From a virus (lineage: Duplodnaviria > Caudoviricetes), in the IMG/VR virus record IMGVR_UViG_3300027754_000035: DNA of 64,000 bases, one strand, 5' to 3'. Below the pieces are notes generated by a model. The model did no database searches, had not been told where the DNA came from, and saw only the letters and a list, made by a program, of their open reading frames with translations. Shown in pieces: positions 20,101 through 29,637 of the stretch. The position numbers and the translations under genes are program-made. Within the stretch, counting starts at the first letter, position 1. Each line of letters starts with the position of its first letter.

Positions 20101-21706
20101 TGGTAACATCGACAAAATCAAAGTTTTTACTGATACTCTATCGACCGATGATTTCGGTGAACATAGCTATAACGTCGATAGTATTTCTACGCCTGATAAG
20201 AACACTGTATACAGAAATCTGTTGTACTTCTGGAGCTTTGATACTCCTATAGATTTGTGGTCGCACACATCATCCATCGACTATAAGTGGGTACCTAACC
20301 AAAATGTTTATTACCAATTGTCTGGTAGTCCGCACACAAACGCATTCAAGGCATATAATTTTACTGGAGAATTGGTGACACAGCCATACCCATCATGTAT
20401 ACCAGCAATACAATCAAAGTTTCCATATCAATTTGATAGAATTGTTATTAAACAGGCCATCAACGCAAACAATTTTGGGCCCAACTATAAGAACAACGTC
20501 AAGATCAACAAGATCAAAGAGTTTGCAACATCCAACTTGGTGCCTTATGATTATAGCACCAAGACGAATGACATTGTTGGTAGTGATAGTAACGTAGTAG
20601 GGTTCTATATTAGCCCATACACATATCTTGAAAATAAGATTGAGAAATTCCTTGGTAAAGATGGTATCACTGATGTTATTGGTGATCCAAAATATCTGAC
20701 CAGTCAAAACTATCCAGAGCTAAAGCAATTGCAATTGGATTTTTCATTGACCAATCAAAAGTATATCTACCCACAAGAATTTTACAGCACCTACAAGTTC
20801 TACATTGACTTCTCAATCTTTGATTATTTACAAAATGTTGTTCCAAACCGTGCGTCTTTGAAACGTGGGTTGTTGATTGAACCGTCGTTGTTGGAACGTA
20901 AGAAGTTCAACTATAAAGATCTAACTTATACAGTTCCAACATTCACAACCTCAAGTTTTTCTCTGAGTAATATCGCATCATTTAGTGCAAGCTATACCAC
21001 GGGCGGCTTGATGAGCATTGCCGTTGGATCGGAACCTGTGTATAGTGGGGATCATAATACATACAATTTCTCAAGGTTTGAGATTCCGGACATCATTGAT
21101 AACCGAGACTTCATGTTTGCTAAGTATGGTAAGTATATATTTACCGATGTGAATGGTTTCAACATTCGAGACACACACAACATACCCGATCATGAATACT
21201 ATCAAGCTGTCAACAACAATGGTAAAGTAGTTGGATTCACATCAAGTTTTGATAGAGTGGAAGTTATTGGATCAGGATCAATTACTGGGTCTGGTGCTTT
21301 TACCAACAGATATTACGGTTTACAAAATAGCGGTTATTCACAACGCCACTTAAGCAAAATTAATATGCCTGGGTCTCGCTATCGCTATCAAGCAGTTAGT
21401 GGTAGCAATTACATTATACTCAATGGTGTAAAAACTTTGGCACCAGCAAAAACTAGATTCTATACTTATATTAAGGGTAAGAATGATTATACTACGACTG
21501 TAAATCGTAACGGTTTACCAAACGGTTCACAACCAGTGATCACCATTCCCGGATTCTTGAGTTTCAATATCAGCAGCAGCACATTCCCAACAAACGGCAC
21601 AACAACTGGGTCAATTGATAGCCCAAATAGTCTGTTTGTTCAAGTACCACTGACAGCATCAGTACAAAATAGTGCCAGCCTGAATATGTATATCATGAAT
21701 TTATAG
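17195..21706 (+). CDS. Large baseplate wedge protein (gp7-like)
   Basis: 1503 aa; YLKFTSMVGHFFDNI and LPYIYKTKGTATSLELLTSLFGIP..IREYG match the wedge (gp7/P2 gpI-like) motif; a LamG-like beta stretch follows. Confidence 0.6.
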   Translation: MPYSYLTFDDTSLNSGIASGSYFPQNLQELYEQKFVNKERYFGTADSDLIEFSLYNSAQEVVAFNRVVPTVSYSVISGTYYDINNKLSYYNFAKPFTNFVKYNNELLLNTQNNLKKVQISPGLYYVLYNFVRNVAGNNKNKLVIKEISPSRTELRLSFAFNPTLSANGALDATKTSAFADKKYLFLQISTLVNQVIDNNPISQNFVNNTGNFNYVKIAQNLGLKSTAELQTFINDTYIGFDKIQNLSTVVDQTILQTSKFIGIDDQLKNFTYTYNSTEFSEADILLAFKTIVTKVSQDRILQKTSINSVQLQNILDLFVKVIYTDWLLPQMTMLLDDYANRFFGLYKNALNFDSGELIKILTHTSYLNPADGRTNVQIKLDAPLPLNFDVQTTCWISNISIAPVYFKTNLFVDPISRKVYLNGVNFDVVVDTANPTNDKFANHTVDTLTSAKANLQQKINDLLIDYDAFNNFIVYSSAELRTKIAKNKILEYNKKENQKNAIAARADSANSTISASYSLEKQSLVQDQINLLTSFDEYESYLFFNTSSIDDKIADGVAYDKDNLDSLINQLPAYIQEDGNSADYLKFTSMVGHFFDNILVYIKKFPKTYPLGVSELSDYPKNFLDELLNSFSWNTNNFKLQNSDLTQYLFNQSQASGSLSSSYFDYGKTLLNRFANNLPYIYKTKGTATSLELLTSLFGIPSELIQIREYGSTDVNVNRVNYFDYDDVLYLTKLDSNKYLTFNYTGSEYKYVVNSPYTITNPSLTTPDTIISLTSSRGEVEEFSGFNTFEGTFRFKSNNYYADQKIPVVKKVRNGKIDWFVYIKKTKQTDSGILVFDFHPDTGLASTNFTSSLKTDELPFLNGNMFTFMVTRDFLPGATYDTLPNVVNATAPITYTIGATTYTAITSSYTSSNSAKFAPLNYTLSVNQYEGSLLNFHSERTRTLTFAQNQYFSSGSYYIGNYNSNVEFRGNIDKIKVFTDTLSTDDFGEHSYNVDSISTPDKNTVYRNLLYFWSFDTPIDLWSHTSSIDYKWVPNQNVYYQLSGSPHTNAFKAYNFTGELVTQPYPSCIPAIQSKFPYQFDRIVIKQAINANNFGPNYKNNVKINKIKEFATSNLVPYDYSTKTNDIVGSDSNVVGFYISPYTYLENKIEKFLGKDGITDVIGDPKYLTSQNYPELKQLQLDFSLTNQKYIYPQEFYSTYKFYIDFSIFDYLQNVVPNRASLKRGLLIEPSLLERKKFNYKDLTYTVPTFTTSSFSLSNIASFSASYTTGGLMSIAVGSEPVYSGDHNTYNFSRFEIPDIIDNRDFMFAKYGKYIFTDVNGFNIRDTHNIPDHEYYQAVNNNGKVVGFTSSFDRVEVIGSGSITGSGAFTNRYYGLQNSGYSQRHLSKINMPGSRYRYQAVSGSNYIILNGVKTLAPAKTRFYTYIKGKNDYTTTVNRNGLPNGSQPVITIPGFLSFNISSSTFPTNGTTTGSIDSPNSLFVQVPLTASVQNSASLNMYIMNL

Positions 21707-21752
21707 TATCTATTTTGGAAAAAAACCGAATTCATTTGATAATTATTTGTAT

Positions 21753-22394
21753 ATGGCATACTTAGACAACAACGTAATTACGATTAACGCCGTTTTGACA
21801 AAAAAGGGTCGTGAAATCCTAGCAAAAGCTGGAGGTTTGAATATCACAGCATTCGCACTGGCGGACGATGAGATCGACTACACACAATTTAACCCAACAC
21901 ATCCATTGGGTAGTGCGTATTATGATATTGCCATCCGTAACACTCCGGTTATGGAACCAATCACCGACGAGACCCAATTGATGAAATATAAGTTGGTGAC
22001 TCTCAATGAGGGCGTGACCGCAGTTCCAACGATCAGCGTTGCACAAACCGTCATTACGGTCTCTCGTGATTATACAGGAGAAATCTCAATCAGTCCAAGT
22101 ACCAACCCAACATACAATGTTACGTTGGGATATACAGCAATTCTATCCAACAAGAATGTGGGTACGTTGATTGTCACCGAAACCAACAGTTTGAATTCTA
22201 CAACGGCAACGGTTCCCTCATTTGCTGGCGATTTAACATCACAAACTTCTCAGGCTGTTGTTGGTAATAAGTTTAGATTTGTTCCAAATGCATCTTTGGC
22301 AAAAACAACAACAACCAACATCACTGTCATTGGTAATGAAAGTGGTGGCAACACAGCAATTACAGTGACGGTTACCGTTCCATCATCAAACTAA
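21753..22394 (+). CDS. Baseplate/tail structural protein
   Basis: MAYLDNN.ITINAVLTKKGREILA...ITAFALADDEIDY resembles wedge/fibre-attachment N-termini; Ig-like beta C-terminus. Confidence 0.6.
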   Translation: MAYLDNNVITINAVLTKKGREILAKAGGLNITAFALADDEIDYTQFNPTHPLGSAYYDIAIRNTPVMEPITDETQLMKYKLVTLNEGVTAVPTISVAQTVITVSRDYTGEISISPSTNPTYNVTLGYTAILSNKNVGTLIVTETNSLNSTTATVPSFAGDLTSQTSQAVVGNKFRFVPNASLAKTTTTNITVIGNESGGNTAITVTVTVPSSN

Positions 22395-22402
22395 ACTAGA
22401 CT

Positions 22403-23509
22403 ATGATTTTTAGCCAATTTACAGCAGACGACATTGTAGTGGGAAGAATAAACCAAGTATCATCGGGTCTATTCGGATCTGGAAGTTTGTATTTGAGCCA
22501 ATCTGCGTTCACCACATCTTCAGCCCAAGCCAATACGATGATTGGTGCAAACCAATTTGACGTGCGCAATGGTCAATATTATACCAACGTATATGCCGGT
22601 GGAGATCTCTACTTTTCTATTGCTTATGGTGATTATGCAAATACTGGTAGCTCAAAGTATGACAGTACTGCGGTCACTGCGGCAAGTAGGGTTTTGACCA
22701 ACGAAACCAAGGTAATTTATTCTCAATACAGAAATACTCTGTTGCAACCCGGCGACAACTTTTTCTCGTTTGCATCTGGTAGCGTGTCTACACCACAAGA
22801 CAGCCAAGCAATTTTTGTGATGAATTTTGCATCTGACAAGATCAAGGACCAAATTGATCCAGGTCAAATACAAATCAATTTCTTGGGAACTAAAGGTCAA
22901 TATTCTTTTATTGACGATTCATCGGTTGTAAATAAGCAACAAAGTGTGTATAATCTGATCTCTGGATCTGTTGTCAGTGGTGTACCAACACCATACACTA
23001 ATAATGGTGCATTCGCCGCAAAATATGAGGGTATTGGTTTATTTTATCCAACAAACGGTGTAGTTGTTTTCAATGCTTTGAATTTACAAGCCCGTGTTGG
23101 TATTAACGCTGCTATTGCAGATCGTGCGGGTAATTCAAATAATGGATCAATTACATTCCAAAGTTTCTGGCGTGTTTGGACCCACGATTTATTTTTAAGA
23201 CTTAAACAAAGCACAAAGCCAATGGCTGTGCGTAAGAGTGAATTTGTTCCCAGCACCAATTATTTCGTGCGTGTCAAGAACAAACAGTTCAATTATAGTA
23301 ATAATCCAACATTTGTGTCGGATGGTACCGATGGTAAGACTAAAGGTACCATTGTTTATCAAGATTTGATCAATAACCCACGAACATACATCACTGGGGT
23401 TGGTTTGTATGATACAAACAATGAATTGATTGCTATTGGTAAAGTCAGTAGACCAGTTCAAAAGAGCTTTGATTCTGAACTTTTGTTGAAAGTCAGAATT
23501 GATTTCTAA
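22403..23509 (+). CDS. Baseplate/fibre-attachment protein
   Basis: C-terminal TYITGVGLYDTNNELIAIGKVSRP resembles the fibre-collar motif and is shared with the protein at 32085-34505. Confidence 0.6.
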   Translation: MIFSQFTADDIVVGRINQVSSGLFGSGSLYLSQSAFTTSSAQANTMIGANQFDVRNGQYYTNVYAGGDLYFSIAYGDYANTGSSKYDSTAVTAASRVLTNETKVIYSQYRNTLLQPGDNFFSFASGSVSTPQDSQAIFVMNFASDKIKDQIDPGQIQINFLGTKGQYSFIDDSSVVNKQQSVYNLISGSVVSGVPTPYTNNGAFAAKYEGIGLFYPTNGVVVFNALNLQARVGINAAIADRAGNSNNGSITFQSFWRVWTHDLFLRLKQSTKPMAVRKSEFVPSTNYFVRVKNKQFNYSNNPTFVSDGTDGKTKGTIVYQDLINNPRTYITGVGLYDTNNELIAIGKVSRPVQKSFDSELLLKVRIDF

Positions 23510-23519
23510 GATGACATCC

Positions 23520-23527
23520 TATTTATA
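23520..23527 (+). promoter_or_regulatory. TATTTATA motif (putative late promoter)
   Basis: Starts 13 nt before ATG 23533. Confidence 0.55.
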
Positions 23528-23532
23528 TTGGG

Positions 23533-25143
23533 ATGATCAAATTTTTTAGAAATCAGGACATTATTGTCACTGCGTTTACGATTGCCAAGCAACAAACACT
23601 CAATAGTGTTGTAAATGACTTGATTCTCGCAAACGATGGCGACGATCTATTTCCATTGGTTGCCCCAATTCTTGGTTGCAACGATAATGTTTCTGGTAGC
23701 TGTGAATCCAACGGTGTAGATGGGTATTTGGCACTAACTCAATACGGCGACCCAATTGATTTTCAAATCGGAAAATACGTACCATCTAGTTCAGTTTTTT
23801 ATCCAAGTGGTAGTACCAATTTTAATGTTCAAAACAATCCGTTGAACTTGGATGGTACTTATCAACGCCAAGTTTATAATACAGCCAAAAAGATGTATTA
23901 TAACAACTACAACAATGCCTACAATATTTTTGGATTTGATGGATATGATACCAGCAAAGCATCATTGGATCTGACCAATGAATTTTCCGCAGTTAATTTA
24001 CGCATCAATCAAACGGGCGATACCATCCGCCCAAATACATTGGTGATCAACAACCAGACAGGCGATATTGTTGCAGATATAATTGATGACGGTAATTATA
24101 ACTTAAAACTATCCGGATCATTTTTTATCGATAAATACGAGCTTGATCCAAGCTCATTGGATTTGACCCGACCAACTGGACTATGTGGTTTGGGTGGATA
24201 TTTGGTGAATAGTGCATCGTGTGGCCCATGTGTGAGTCCAACGCCAACACCAACACCAAGTTTAACACCCACACCAAGTTTAACACCCACACCAAGTTTA
24301 ACAGCAACGCCAAGCTTAACACCTACGCCCACTCCAACTCCAAGCTTGACCGCAACTCCAAGCTTGACCGCAACTCCAAGCTTGACCGCAACTCCAAGCT
24401 TGACTGCAACACCTAGTGTGACTGCAACTAGAACAGCAACTCCAAGCTTGACTGCAACACCTAGTGTGACTGCAACTAGAACAGCAACTCCAAGCTTAAC
24501 AGCAACTCCAAGCTTAACAGCAACACCTAGTGTGACTGCAAGTCCAGCAGCAAGTCCAGCAGCAAGTCCAGCAGCAAGTCCAGCAGCAAGTCCAGCAGCA
24601 AGTCCAGCAGCAAGTCCAGCAGCAAGCTTGACACCTACTCCAAGCTTGACACCTACTCCAACACCCACAGCAAGTCCAGCAGCTGCGGCGTTCTTCTACA
24701 TCGAATTGGAAGCAGCTGGTAGTTGTTCATATGAACCCGGCAGTGATCCACAAACTTTTTGTGACGCATCTGTGGCTGTTGATACCACGGTTAATAACTA
24801 TTCGGTGGGTGCGGCCGTAATGCAAGTGGTAAGCAGTGGCATAGCAATACCATGCACGGTCTCCGGCGCCGGCAACTCGGTAATTACTGCTACACTTAAA
24901 TATACGACTGGATTTGTATCAGTGTCCGATTCCGGAACCGCGTACACATATACAATACATAATTCTGTTACTGGTGGTGATCCATCGGTTTGTGGTATTC
25001 AAGATTTTGGTCCGAACAACATATCATATGATACTTTGATTAATAAAATAACCTATGCCGAAACCTACCCTGGCTTAATGCCAGATGGAATAACGGCTCG
25101 GGATGGTAGTAGCGCGCGACCATACTTAACTTCGCTGATATAA
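23533..25143 (+). CDS. Virion protein with mucin-like Pro/Thr/Ser/Ala linker between two Cys-containing domains
   Basis: The N-terminal domain resembles baseplate-region proteins; an internal stretch of about 152 aa uses only S, T, P, A, L, V and R. Confidence 0.75.
   Translation: MIKFFRNQDIIVTAFTIAKQQTLNSVVNDLILANDGDDLFPLVAPILGCNDNVSGSCESNGVDGYLALTQYGDPIDFQIGKYVPSSSVFYPSGSTNFNVQNNPLNLDGTYQRQVYNTAKKMYYNNYNNAYNIFGFDGYDTSKASLDLTNEFSAVNLRINQTGDTIRPNTLVINNQTGDIVADIIDDGNYNLKLSGSFFIDKYELDPSSLDLTRPTGLCGLGGYLVNSASCGPCVSPTPTPTPSLTPTPSLTPTPSLTATPSLTPTPTPTPSLTATPSLTATPSLTATPSLTATPSVTATRTATPSLTATPSVTATRTATPSLTATPSLTATPSVTASPAASPAASPAASPAASPAASPAASPAASLTPTPSLTPTPTPTASPAAAAFFYIELEAAGSCSYEPGSDPQTFCDASVAVDTTVNNYSVGAAVMQVVSSGIAIPCTVSGAGNSVITATLKYTTGFVSVSDSGTAYTYTIHNSVTGGDPSVCGIQDFGPNNISYDTLINKITYAETYPGLMPDGITARDGSSARPYLTSLI
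24235..24690 (+). repeat. Nested tandem repeats encoding [16 protein letters not shown] and SPAA
   Basis: 18-nt unit actccaagcttgaccgca x3 identical (24337-24390); 48-nt unit x2 (24391-24486); 12-nt unit agtccagcagca x7 perfect (24541-24624). Confidence 0.95.
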
Positions 25144-25211
25144 ATTGAGTAATATAAAAATAATGATGGGGGTGGTGGTGTATATGTAAATTAGAACACA
25201 TTAACACTGTT

Positions 25212-27824
25212 ATGCCCAAAATATTTATTCAAATTGCTAGTTATAGAGATCGTGAATTAATTCCAACGATCAAAAATTGCATAGAAAATGCAAAATACCC
25301 AGAAAATTTAGTGTTTGCATTGGGTTGGCAGCATGACGAAACAGAGACTCTGGGTGAATATGCTACAGATCCACGATTCAAAATTATAGATATTCCCTAC
25401 CAAGAGAGTCAGGGTGTTTGTTGGGTCCGACACCAATTGAATTTGTTGTATTCCGATGAAGAATATTGTTTGCAGTTGGATAGTCACCATCGGTTTGCCA
25501 AAAATTGGGATGAGCAGGCCATTGGAATGTTACAAGATCTACAAGCCGCTGGATATGCTAAACCTCTTTTGACTGCATATATTCCATCATATGAACCAGC
25601 CAATGATCCTGTTGGTAGAGGTACTGAGCCTTGGATGATAGGTTTTGATCGGTATTTACCCGAGGGACCAATATTTCCATCACCATCGGTTATACCCAAC
25701 CATAAAAATCTGACTTTGCCAATCCCGGCAAGATTTTTCTCGGGTCATTTTGCATTTGCACATGGATCTTTTGTGAAGGAAGTTGTATATGACCCAAATC
25801 TTTATTTTCACGGCGAAGAAATCAACATGTCGGTTCGTGCGTATACCCACGGATACGATTTGTTTCATCCACACAAGGTCATAGCATGGCATTATTATCA
25901 CCGAAATGGTGCTGTAAAGCAGTGGGACGATGACAAGATTTGGGGCGAAAGAAACACATCATCACATTTGCGCACCAGAAAACTGTTTGGTATGGATGGT
26001 GAAACCCAAAATATTGATTTTGGTATTTATGGTTTTGGTACAACCAGAACTCTTACCGATTACGAAAACTATGCGGGTGTTAGATTTAGAGATCGTGCCG
26101 TGCAACAATACACATTGGATAGAAATATTGCGCCGAATCCTATTATTACAGATGCGGCTGAGTATGCAGCGTCGTGGTTGCACATTTTCAAGTTCTGTAT
26201 TGATATGCACGTTGATAGTGTTCCAGACAACGATTATGATGCGTGGATCATTGCTTTCAAAAATGTGGATGGTGTAGAAATTGTTCGCTGCGATGCCGAT
26301 GAAAATGAAGTTAATTCTTTTAAGGCATCAAATCCATCGGATAAGTGGTATAGAATTTGGCGAACATTTCACACAAAGGAGGTACCACACACTTATGTGT
26401 TCTGGCCTCACAGCAAATCAAAGGGATGGATGGAAAAAATTGAACGGATTATTCCCGGACCAACAAAATTGATTCCTCGTTCACCAGATCCTGTGAGTTT
26501 GTGGAAAGGTAAAGGTTCCGAAAAAAAGGATCAACCTAAAAAGGTGGTGTTCAATAAAAATCCAAACAAACGCAAAATATTTGTACACATACCAGCATAC
26601 AGAGATCCCGAATTGTTGCCCACAATTGAAAGTGCATTAAAAAATGCAGCTCATCCAGACCGATTGGTTTTTGGTATATGTCATCAATCCAACAAGAGTG
26701 ATAAGTTTGTCACCGACATTGATAAGTTCAGATCTGATCCTAGATTTAGAATTATTGATATGGACTATACAGATGCAAAGGGTCTTCCGTTTGCTAGATA
26801 TCAAGTCAATACAATGTTGCTTAATGAGGAGTATATTTTGCAATTGGATAGCCATCACAGATTCAATGTTGGTTGGGATTCTACACTGATTGAAATGCAC
26901 GATGGTCTCAAAGCTGCTGGTGTCAAAAAACCACTTTTAGGTGGATATCTACCGTTCTACGATCCCGCAAATGATCCTGCGTTGCGAACCAATGAACCAT
27001 GGCAATCAGTGGCATCGTGTTTTTATCCACACGGAACCTTGTTCATAAGACCAGCGGGCTTTAGAAACTTGGTTGATCTTAAAGAACCAGTACCGGCAAG
27101 ATTTTTATCGGGGCATTTTTGTTTCGGCGACAATCATTGGGCTACCACAATTAAGCACGACTCAGATATATTCTTTAGTGGCGAAGAAATCAATCTTACG
27201 GTCAGATCATATACACATGGTTATGACATCTACCATCCACACAAAGTTGTTATTTGGCATTCAATGGCTAGAAAAGAACGTGATGGTATACTTGTGTGGG
27301 ATGATCAAGCCAAACGTGGTGAAAATTGGTCGGACTCTCAAAACAAATCCCGAGCAAAAATCAGACAGTTGCTTCAGACCGAATACAATGGTTATGATTT
27401 GACTGGATACAATCTTGGTAAAGACCGAACGCTGCATGATTATGAGTTGTATGCTGGTATTTGCTTCAAGGAAAAGTCAATGCAGCAATATACGATGGAT
27501 AATCATCTACCACCAAATCCACCGATGTCTGAACAAAAATGGAAAGATTCACTGAAGAAGTCTTTTTATTATCTAGTTACCATTACGAGACAACAACTGC
27601 CCGGTGACGATTATAGTAGTATTTTGGTGGCATTTGATGATGATCAGGGCAAGGCCGTGGCCAGTAAATACATTACCGGCAAACAATTGAGCGACTTCGT
27701 GCAAAATAAGACTAATATTCACTATGAAGAATATTTTTCGGCTGATAGATGGCCAAGTAAAGTTGTGTATTGGGGTCTAAGCACATCAAGGGGTTGGGCA
27801 GAACGAGTAGAAATAAAACTATGA
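25212..27824 (+). CDS. Tandem-duplicated GT60-like (Pfam GlcNAc / polypeptide alpha-GlcNAc transferase-like) glycosyltransferase
   Basis: Two copies of IF(I/V)xIx(S/A)YRDxEL..TI...A..P..L, QLDSHHRF (DxH metal motif), PARFxSGHF, GEEIN..VR.YTHGYD..HP. The second copy starts near 26571, and each copy carries a similar ~80-aa C-terminal domain. Confidence 0.8.
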   Translation: MPKIFIQIASYRDRELIPTIKNCIENAKYPENLVFALGWQHDETETLGEYATDPRFKIIDIPYQESQGVCWVRHQLNLLYSDEEYCLQLDSHHRFAKNWDEQAIGMLQDLQAAGYAKPLLTAYIPSYEPANDPVGRGTEPWMIGFDRYLPEGPIFPSPSVIPNHKNLTLPIPARFFSGHFAFAHGSFVKEVVYDPNLYFHGEEINMSVRAYTHGYDLFHPHKVIAWHYYHRNGAVKQWDDDKIWGERNTSSHLRTRKLFGMDGETQNIDFGIYGFGTTRTLTDYENYAGVRFRDRAVQQYTLDRNIAPNPIITDAAEYAASWLHIFKFCIDMHVDSVPDNDYDAWIIAFKNVDGVEIVRCDADENEVNSFKASNPSDKWYRIWRTFHTKEVPHTYVFWPHSKSKGWMEKIERIIPGPTKLIPRSPDPVSLWKGKGSEKKDQPKKVVFNKNPNKRKIFVHIPAYRDPELLPTIESALKNAAHPDRLVFGICHQSNKSDKFVTDIDKFRSDPRFRIIDMDYTDAKGLPFARYQVNTMLLNEEYILQLDSHHRFNVGWDSTLIEMHDGLKAAGVKKPLLGGYLPFYDPANDPALRTNEPWQSVASCFYPHGTLFIRPAGFRNLVDLKEPVPARFLSGHFCFGDNHWATTIKHDSDIFFSGEEINLTVRSYTHGYDIYHPHKVVIWHSMARKERDGILVWDDQAKRGENWSDSQNKSRAKIRQLLQTEYNGYDLTGYNLGKDRTLHDYELYAGICFKEKSMQQYTMDNHLPPNPPMSEQKWKDSLKKSFYYLVTITRQQLPGDDYSSILVAFDDDQGKAVASKYITGKQLSDFVQNKTNIHYEEYFSADRWPSKVVYWGLSTSRGWAERVEIKL

Positions 27825-28648
27825 ATGTTGATATTAGCAACATACGTTTTGTTTACTTTACAAACGAGACCAATATTCCATTGTTAAAATTGACATTGCC
27901 GAATTTTTTCAAATATAATGATTTGGAGAATATAAAAGTCAGTGTTATATCCAATAATTATGCGGATGACATTTTACCTTATAGTAATGCGGTTCAATAT
28001 TTGAATGGTAGTACACCATTTCATACAAACGGAAAGCATTTTAGTAATTCTTTGAAAAATACTCTATCTAAAATACAAGAAGAGTATATTTTTTTATTGC
28101 TTGACGATTTCTTTTTCATAAATGACACCAAATTTAACGATTTGCAAAAATTAATGGAATTTATAGTTGCTGAGAATGTTGATTATTTTGGATTTGATGA
28201 TGTGGCGGGAACTGAAATATACGATTGGTCTCCGTATGAAAAGGAAAATTACCCATTTGGAAAAGGGTCTCTTTATTATAGAGACAACAATTATAGATAT
28301 TTACACAGTTTGCAACCAACAATTTGGAAGCGAAAATCACTAATGGCATTGTGTGACAGATGGGAGTTTAGTGTAAATGAGTTGGATGAAACTCTACCAC
28401 AAATTAAGCAAGAAAATAAGTTGAAGTGTTTTGGTAACAATCAACTATCACATTTTACATACACATCGCCGGGCGATTACTTTGTTATAGCTTACGTGGA
28501 AATAATACGCCATGGTGTATTACAACACTACAAAAATGGATTCGCAGGCACAGATTATCCTGTATTTAGTTTTATTGACCAATTGATTAATGAGCATGAT
28601 TTGTTGAATAAATCCGAGTATCAAAAAATATTACACAACATCACATGA
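27821..28648 (+). CDS. GT-A fold glycosyltransferase (GT2-like)
   Basis: YIFLLLDDFFF (DxD-like) and SLQPTIWKRKSL; ATGA overlap with the previous stop; start moved from 27770. Confidence 0.6.
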   Translation: MNVDISNIRFVYFTNETNIPLLKLTLPNFFKYNDLENIKVSVISNNYADDILPYSNAVQYLNGSTPFHTNGKHFSNSLKNTLSKIQEEYIFLLLDDFFFINDTKFNDLQKLMEFIVAENVDYFGFDDVAGTEIYDWSPYEKENYPFGKGSLYYRDNNYRYLHSLQPTIWKRKSLMALCDRWEFSVNELDETLPQIKQENKLKCFGNNQLSHFTYTSPGDYFVIAYVEIIRHGVLQHYKNGFAGTDYPVFSFIDQLINEHDLLNKSEYQKILHNIT

Positions 28649-29607
28649 ATTTAGACATCGTATATGAATTTGGAGGAACGGAGTGGGTGTACAAATCTGT
28701 ATTTGAAAAATACTCAAAATATTGTGTTGAAAATCTTAAAGATATTGATGTTCAAATCAAAAATAGCAGACGTTACGATCCAACGTGTGGTACCAACAAT
28801 AAGTATGGGCCATTTTACATGATGGTTGTTAACCGAGATACTAAAAAGTATATTTTAATCTCGTATTGGGATAAACTGGTAGATGTTGTTAGACATAATA
28901 ACGTTACAAATTTTGATTTGGAAAATTGTGTGGAAATAATAACGAGTGCTGGAACGCACGAAAATGATTTTTGTTACACACCAATAAATTTTGACTACAC
29001 ACCGTTTAGTTATATTGGCAATATAATTACAAATGAAACTGAAATTGATCGATTGTATAACTCATGTGTAGAAAAAACTCATGAAGACCGCCTAAAATTC
29101 AGAGGATACTTATATGGGTTCCGAGATTTTTTAAGTAACGATACTAGATTTGATATAATTGACTGTCGAGGTCCAAACCAATACAGACACAATAACGATT
29201 ATGTCAGAGAACTATCCAAATCAACAATCAATTTAAGTCTAAATGGTGCCGCCGAAATTTGTTATCGAGATATGGAAATATTAGGTTTGGGAAATGCGTT
29301 GTTTAGATTTGAGTTATCAACCAAGTTTCACAATCCACTTATTCCCAATCACCATTATATATCCGTACCACACAGCGACATAAAATATAATCCCGGCGAC
29401 GTATTTGAATATTACAAAAAATTGAGTGATAGATTGTTTGATAGATTTGAACAAGTAAAAAATCAACACGACTTTATAAAGTTTGTGTCAGATAATGGTA
29501 GGCGTTGGTATATAGAAAATGGCACTGTGGACGCAAACGTGAAGCTGCTGACGCAATTAGTAGATTTTACCAAATTAAAAGAAATCTATCAACTCAATCC
29601 GCCATAA
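28645..29607 (+). CDS. Putative glycosyltransferase (GT-B/CgeB-like C-terminal part)
   Basis: FRG..YGFR...YVRELSKSTINLSLNGAAEICYRDMEILGLG..L pattern; ATGA-coupled. Confidence 0.5.
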   Translation: MNLDIVYEFGGTEWVYKSVFEKYSKYCVENLKDIDVQIKNSRRYDPTCGTNNKYGPFYMMVVNRDTKKYILISYWDKLVDVVRHNNVTNFDLENCVEIITSAGTHENDFCYTPINFDYTPFSYIGNIITNETEIDRLYNSCVEKTHEDRLKFRGYLYGFRDFLSNDTRFDIIDCRGPNQYRHNNDYVRELSKSTINLSLNGAAEICYRDMEILGLGNALFRFELSTKFHNPLIPNHHYISVPHSDIKYNPGDVFEYYKKLSDRLFDRFEQVKNQHDFIKFVSDNGRRWYIENGTVDANVKLLTQLVDFTKLKEIYQLNPP

Positions 29608-29637
29608 CTATAATAGTTGTTCACAAATTAAAAATGT

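Noticed and set aside
24096-24668. 190-aa minus-strand ORF (GVAVKL repeats) and similar antisense ORFs at 5623-6324, 5901-6182, 11534-11890, 270-473
   Set aside because: Mirror images of low-complexity repeats in + strand genes; repeats lack stops in several frames; no start signals.
24235-24690. Possible CRISPR array or DGR repeat
   Set aside because: Units are contiguous, multiples of 3 and in-frame with no unique spacers; no cas or reverse transcriptase gene in the window.
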